Source: Tubiluchus corallicola (lineage: Eukaryota > Animalia > Priapulida). Taken from it: a stretch of DNA of 64,000 bases. This document shows positions 60,633 to 64,000 of the stretch, one piece after another. The stretch covers positions 62,001 to 126,000 of the forward strand of contig JAQGDQ010000572.1 of the NCBI GenBank assembly GCA_030141605.1, in the 5' to 3' direction. The position numbers were made by a program, and so were the translations under genes. The notes under the pieces were generated by a model. That model made no database searches. It was not told where the DNA came from and worked only from the letters and a program-made list of their open reading frames with translations. Within the stretch, counting starts at the first letter, position 1; each line of letters starts with the position of its first letter.

Positions 60633-62308
60633 ACTTCTAGTAATATACTAGTGTCACCGTTGTCTCGTTTTGTTTTTTAATGTGAATCCGGGAAGCTGGA
60701 TGCAATACGTGGGATATTACCGAAACTGCAGCGCCATCTACGTGTTGGTGTCTTAAACGTTTCATTCTACGAGTCAAAATACTAGTAGTGTTAAGATGTC
60801 ATCAAATTGCGCTGGATTACCGGATCTGATCGAACCTGAAAACCTTTTTCTTTGTAAAATAATTCATTTGCAAGAGCTAAAGTTGTGAAAGAAATTGCAT
60901 CATTTCGGTTGAAAAACAAGTTCTGCATCGACTAACTTTCCAAAATTATGATTGTTTTGTCTTTCCTGCTTACGAAGATAAGTGGAATGTTGCAATTTAT
61001 TGACGCTAGAAACGTGTCAGTATGGTAATATAGGTTCCATTATTATTGCAGCTGCCGTTAAGCAGTGTATTTCAAATTGCTGTTACTAATGTATCAAATG
61101 TACATTAATATGTAATCACTACCACAGCTAGGTATTTCGTATTTAGTCAACTGCAGCTCTTCATCGTTCTACAAGAGATTAGTGGTAGCTGTCGCGCCCT
61201 CTGTCGAAAGAATTTTTGATAATAAACTACGTACGGGCAGCGCCCACTTTCATTAGTGCATTATCAACACATTTGGCGTAGATAATCTACCAAAGAAGAT
61301 AAAATTATAGGATTAATTGTGTAATAAATATATCGTGTGTTGTGTAACGTCTTTGCTAATGCACATTTGTTGAGAGATGTTTCAGCTCGGTCGGTAGGTT
61401 GTATTTGCTGTCATCGTTTAGCCGTAAAATGTTAAATTTGGGGTTTGAAATGTATCTTCACAGAGTAAGGTAGCCCCAACAACATTCCAATCACTAGCGT
61501 TGAACTAAAATTACACTTTTTGACATAATTGTTGTCGTTTTTAAAGATTTTTGGTAAGGTTCTTTTCATCGCTCAAAATCCACCTTAAAATGATGTTAAT
61601 TGACACTTAAAATTGATAAACTCACACACAAAGATCTCATAATCTTAAATCGTACCTTATTCTCTCGCCAGCGCGACCTTTTTCGAAATTTCTTTTTCTG
61701 GTAAAATTTAGTGGAAGAACTATATATTGTGGCAGTGATTTTATTTCCCGGCCAAATTGACCTCCTGTTTAGATTGTTATCGTTGAATGACCCACTGAAG
61801 TGTGCGCTTCCTTCCAAAAGTTATTTTCTGCATTTTCGGTCATCCTTAGCAAACGGAGATGCACGGACGGCATTTTCTAACGTTGTAAACTTTTTGGGCA
61901 GGGATTTTAATATTACACACGTTGCCACTAAAAATATTTCACTAAAATTTGTTTTAATACTAGCAAAATCTTTTAGCAGTGGTGGAGCTCTGGATTTAGA
62001 ACTTTTGAAACAGTTTAAACAATTCAACGAACATACTCGTTGAATGCCGTAACATTCTTTATGGGAATTCGTACTTTTCAGTTGCAGTATTGCAACGTGG
62101 CATCTCTTGAGCCCAAAGACACAAAGAACGCAATTAATGGAATATTTGCTATTTAGATTAAAACAGACACTGCTGAAAAGTTATTGTGTTTCATGATAAA
62201 GGACAAATTTTCACTCACATTTATTCGCATTCGCAAAGCAACCCATACACCATAGTATGTGATTGGGTGTGGTGATTCATTAGTGTAAGAGTTTCATTTG
62301 AAATGTAA

Positions 62309-62799
62309 AGGAAGACCGGACGATTGTTTAGACTCAATCTCATTTTAATTTACCGTACAAAATATGCATTTTCTCGCCTGTAAAAGTTAACAGTTGTTCC
62401 TTATATTTGAATAATTAGCTTAGAAAGGTAATTAACGGCGACCGAACACAGCTATTGCTTACGTCAGAAACTAACCACAGTTTGTGCAATGGCAGGCATC
62501 TTCCCTAGCAGATTTGCATAGGTACTGCTTAAATGCATGATGTCACGAAAAAGGGGCTTTACATCATAACGTCAGAAACTAACATTGCAGTTCATGATCA
62601 TGCTCATCACAGTACCGCCTTCTATTTATCGGCCACGTACATGTGACAAAAAGGTGCCACTGCCAGTCTTAATAGATTCATTGAGCCGCAGGCAGCTTTG
62701 AAAGCTTAAGCTTTGATTTAAAATAAGGTATTGTAGTTTTCAATATTTTAGAGCATTCTTTATTCTGAACTTGTGTTTACGCAATCATCCGGTTTTCTT
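62309..62799 (-). mobile_element. Kolobok-like MITE family D copy
   Basis: Reverse complement of 39718-40255. Confidence 0.8.
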
Positions 62800-63652
62800 T
62801 TAAATTATGCTGCACAATTTTCTAGGTTTTAGTTTATTGCTTATGTTTTGTTGTCTAGGAGATAGATTCATATTAAAGTGCAAAAATGTAATTTAGTTTA
62901 CAAGTACTGTATCTATTTATGTCTTGTATATTTAGTTCTATTTTCTCTGTAGTTTGTGTTCATATGTCTTAAATATGAAGCCTGTGAACAAAGTTGCAGC
63001 TGCGTTCATGCAAAAACAGTGTAAAGTTCTACTGTGTGTTAATATTAGAAGGAAACTGTGTAGCGTTTAGTTCGTGTTTTAGTAATATTATAATAATGGA
63101 AACGATGCTGAGATGAATTGTGTTCATTTAAGTTTTTTAATGTGCAGTCGTGAAGAATTATTCAGTTGTAAAGAGTAATAGTTGCAAACTATGCCGTTCG
63201 ATTATCACTGTATTTATATAATCATAGTTACTGTCAGCAGAGCAGGACTTGACTGTAGTTCGTAGAAGATTAGAATGTCAGAAATTTCAGGTATTTGCAG
63301 TTGAATACACTTACTGTCTAACGGTTATTTTGAATGGATCTCATTCAACCGTAATTCGATTTCTTTCTTGTCGTAGTTGTGGTGATATTCGATAAGTTTT
63401 ACCAGATGATATTAGCTTTAGTTGATTTTGCTGCTCGATTGCACCACATGTTTGAAAGTATGCAGTCAAACCTTGTGGTCCCTTTTACAGTGGCCTACCT
63501 CGCTTAGCGCAAACATTTTTGGCAAAACAAGATGTCTATATTTGCATAGACATGTATGTATTAATCCACCTCCTTAAGCTGTCAAACTCGCTTCTTGCCA
63601 GCTTTTTCTAGCGCCTCAAACTAAACAGAATAAGGAGGGTTGACTGTAGTAG

Positions 63653-64000
63653 ACTATAGTATGTCTGAAAGATATTTAACCAACTGTGTTTTCCTGTAAC
63701 AAAGTTATAGGTTATTTACCCATACTTTTCTTTCGCAGAATAAGAGATGTTTCAAATTCTTATTTTGTTATTCTAAGAAATGAAACAATATAATCAGTGC
63801 AAATTTCTTCATGGGAGATTTCATTTAATTTTCAACACAGATGTAGAAAGTTGCAGTGATTGTATTGTTTCATTTCTTAGAATAACAAAATAACATTTTG
63901 AAACATCTCTTATTCTGTGAAAGAAAAGTATGGGTAAATAACCTATAACTTCGTTACAGAAAAACACAGTTGGTTAAATATCTTTCAGACATACCACAGT
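63653..64000. mobile_element. Foldback MITE/long palindrome (about 156-bp arms, about 36-nt loop), reaching the window edge
   Basis: 63653-63808 is the reverse complement of 63845-64000 with scattered mismatches. Confidence 0.85.

Noticed and set aside
60728-60748. CTCF-like motif gcagcgccatctac
   Set aside because: Partial match only; expected by chance or within TEs.
61711-62043. Overlapping short ORFs near 61.8 kb
   Set aside because: No recognisable domain or consistent exon structure.

Overview
AT-rich, intron-rich eukaryotic (invertebrate metazoan-type) genomic DNA; no prokaryotic features, CRISPR arrays, rRNA or bona fide tRNA genes. Five conserved protein-coding genes can be reconstructed by hand with phase-consistent GT-AG exons: SAYSD1 (-), intronless AMN1 (+), a 12-coding-exon FRMD8/iTAP (+, about 503 aa, 20371-46074), MAD2L1BP/p31comet (-) and, head-to-head with it, DNPH1/Rcl (+). 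The rest is MITEs (Tigger/pogo-like, hAT-like with 8-bp TSDs, Kolobok-like and piggyBac-like with TTAA, an unclassified TATA-GG family), LINE/RTE 3' fragments, a tRNA-derived SINE, and about 14 unrelated tandem arrays concentrated between 10.5 and 43 kb. Most notable: (i) a roughly 57-copy 30-bp minisatellite made of the FRMD8 exon-8 splice donor, giving an in-frame ladder of possible alternative donors; (ii) a DNPH1 with Asn at the catalytic Asp80-equivalent position and two possible C-termini (tubulin-like acidic tail or CaaX-like CCCL); (iii) a p31comet with a long insert carrying a beta-TrCP-degron-like motif and a candidate poison exon; (iv) two tail-to-tail RTE LINE ends, one with its last 79 nt tandemly amplified. 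Gene and TE identities rest on recalled family motifs, not database searches.
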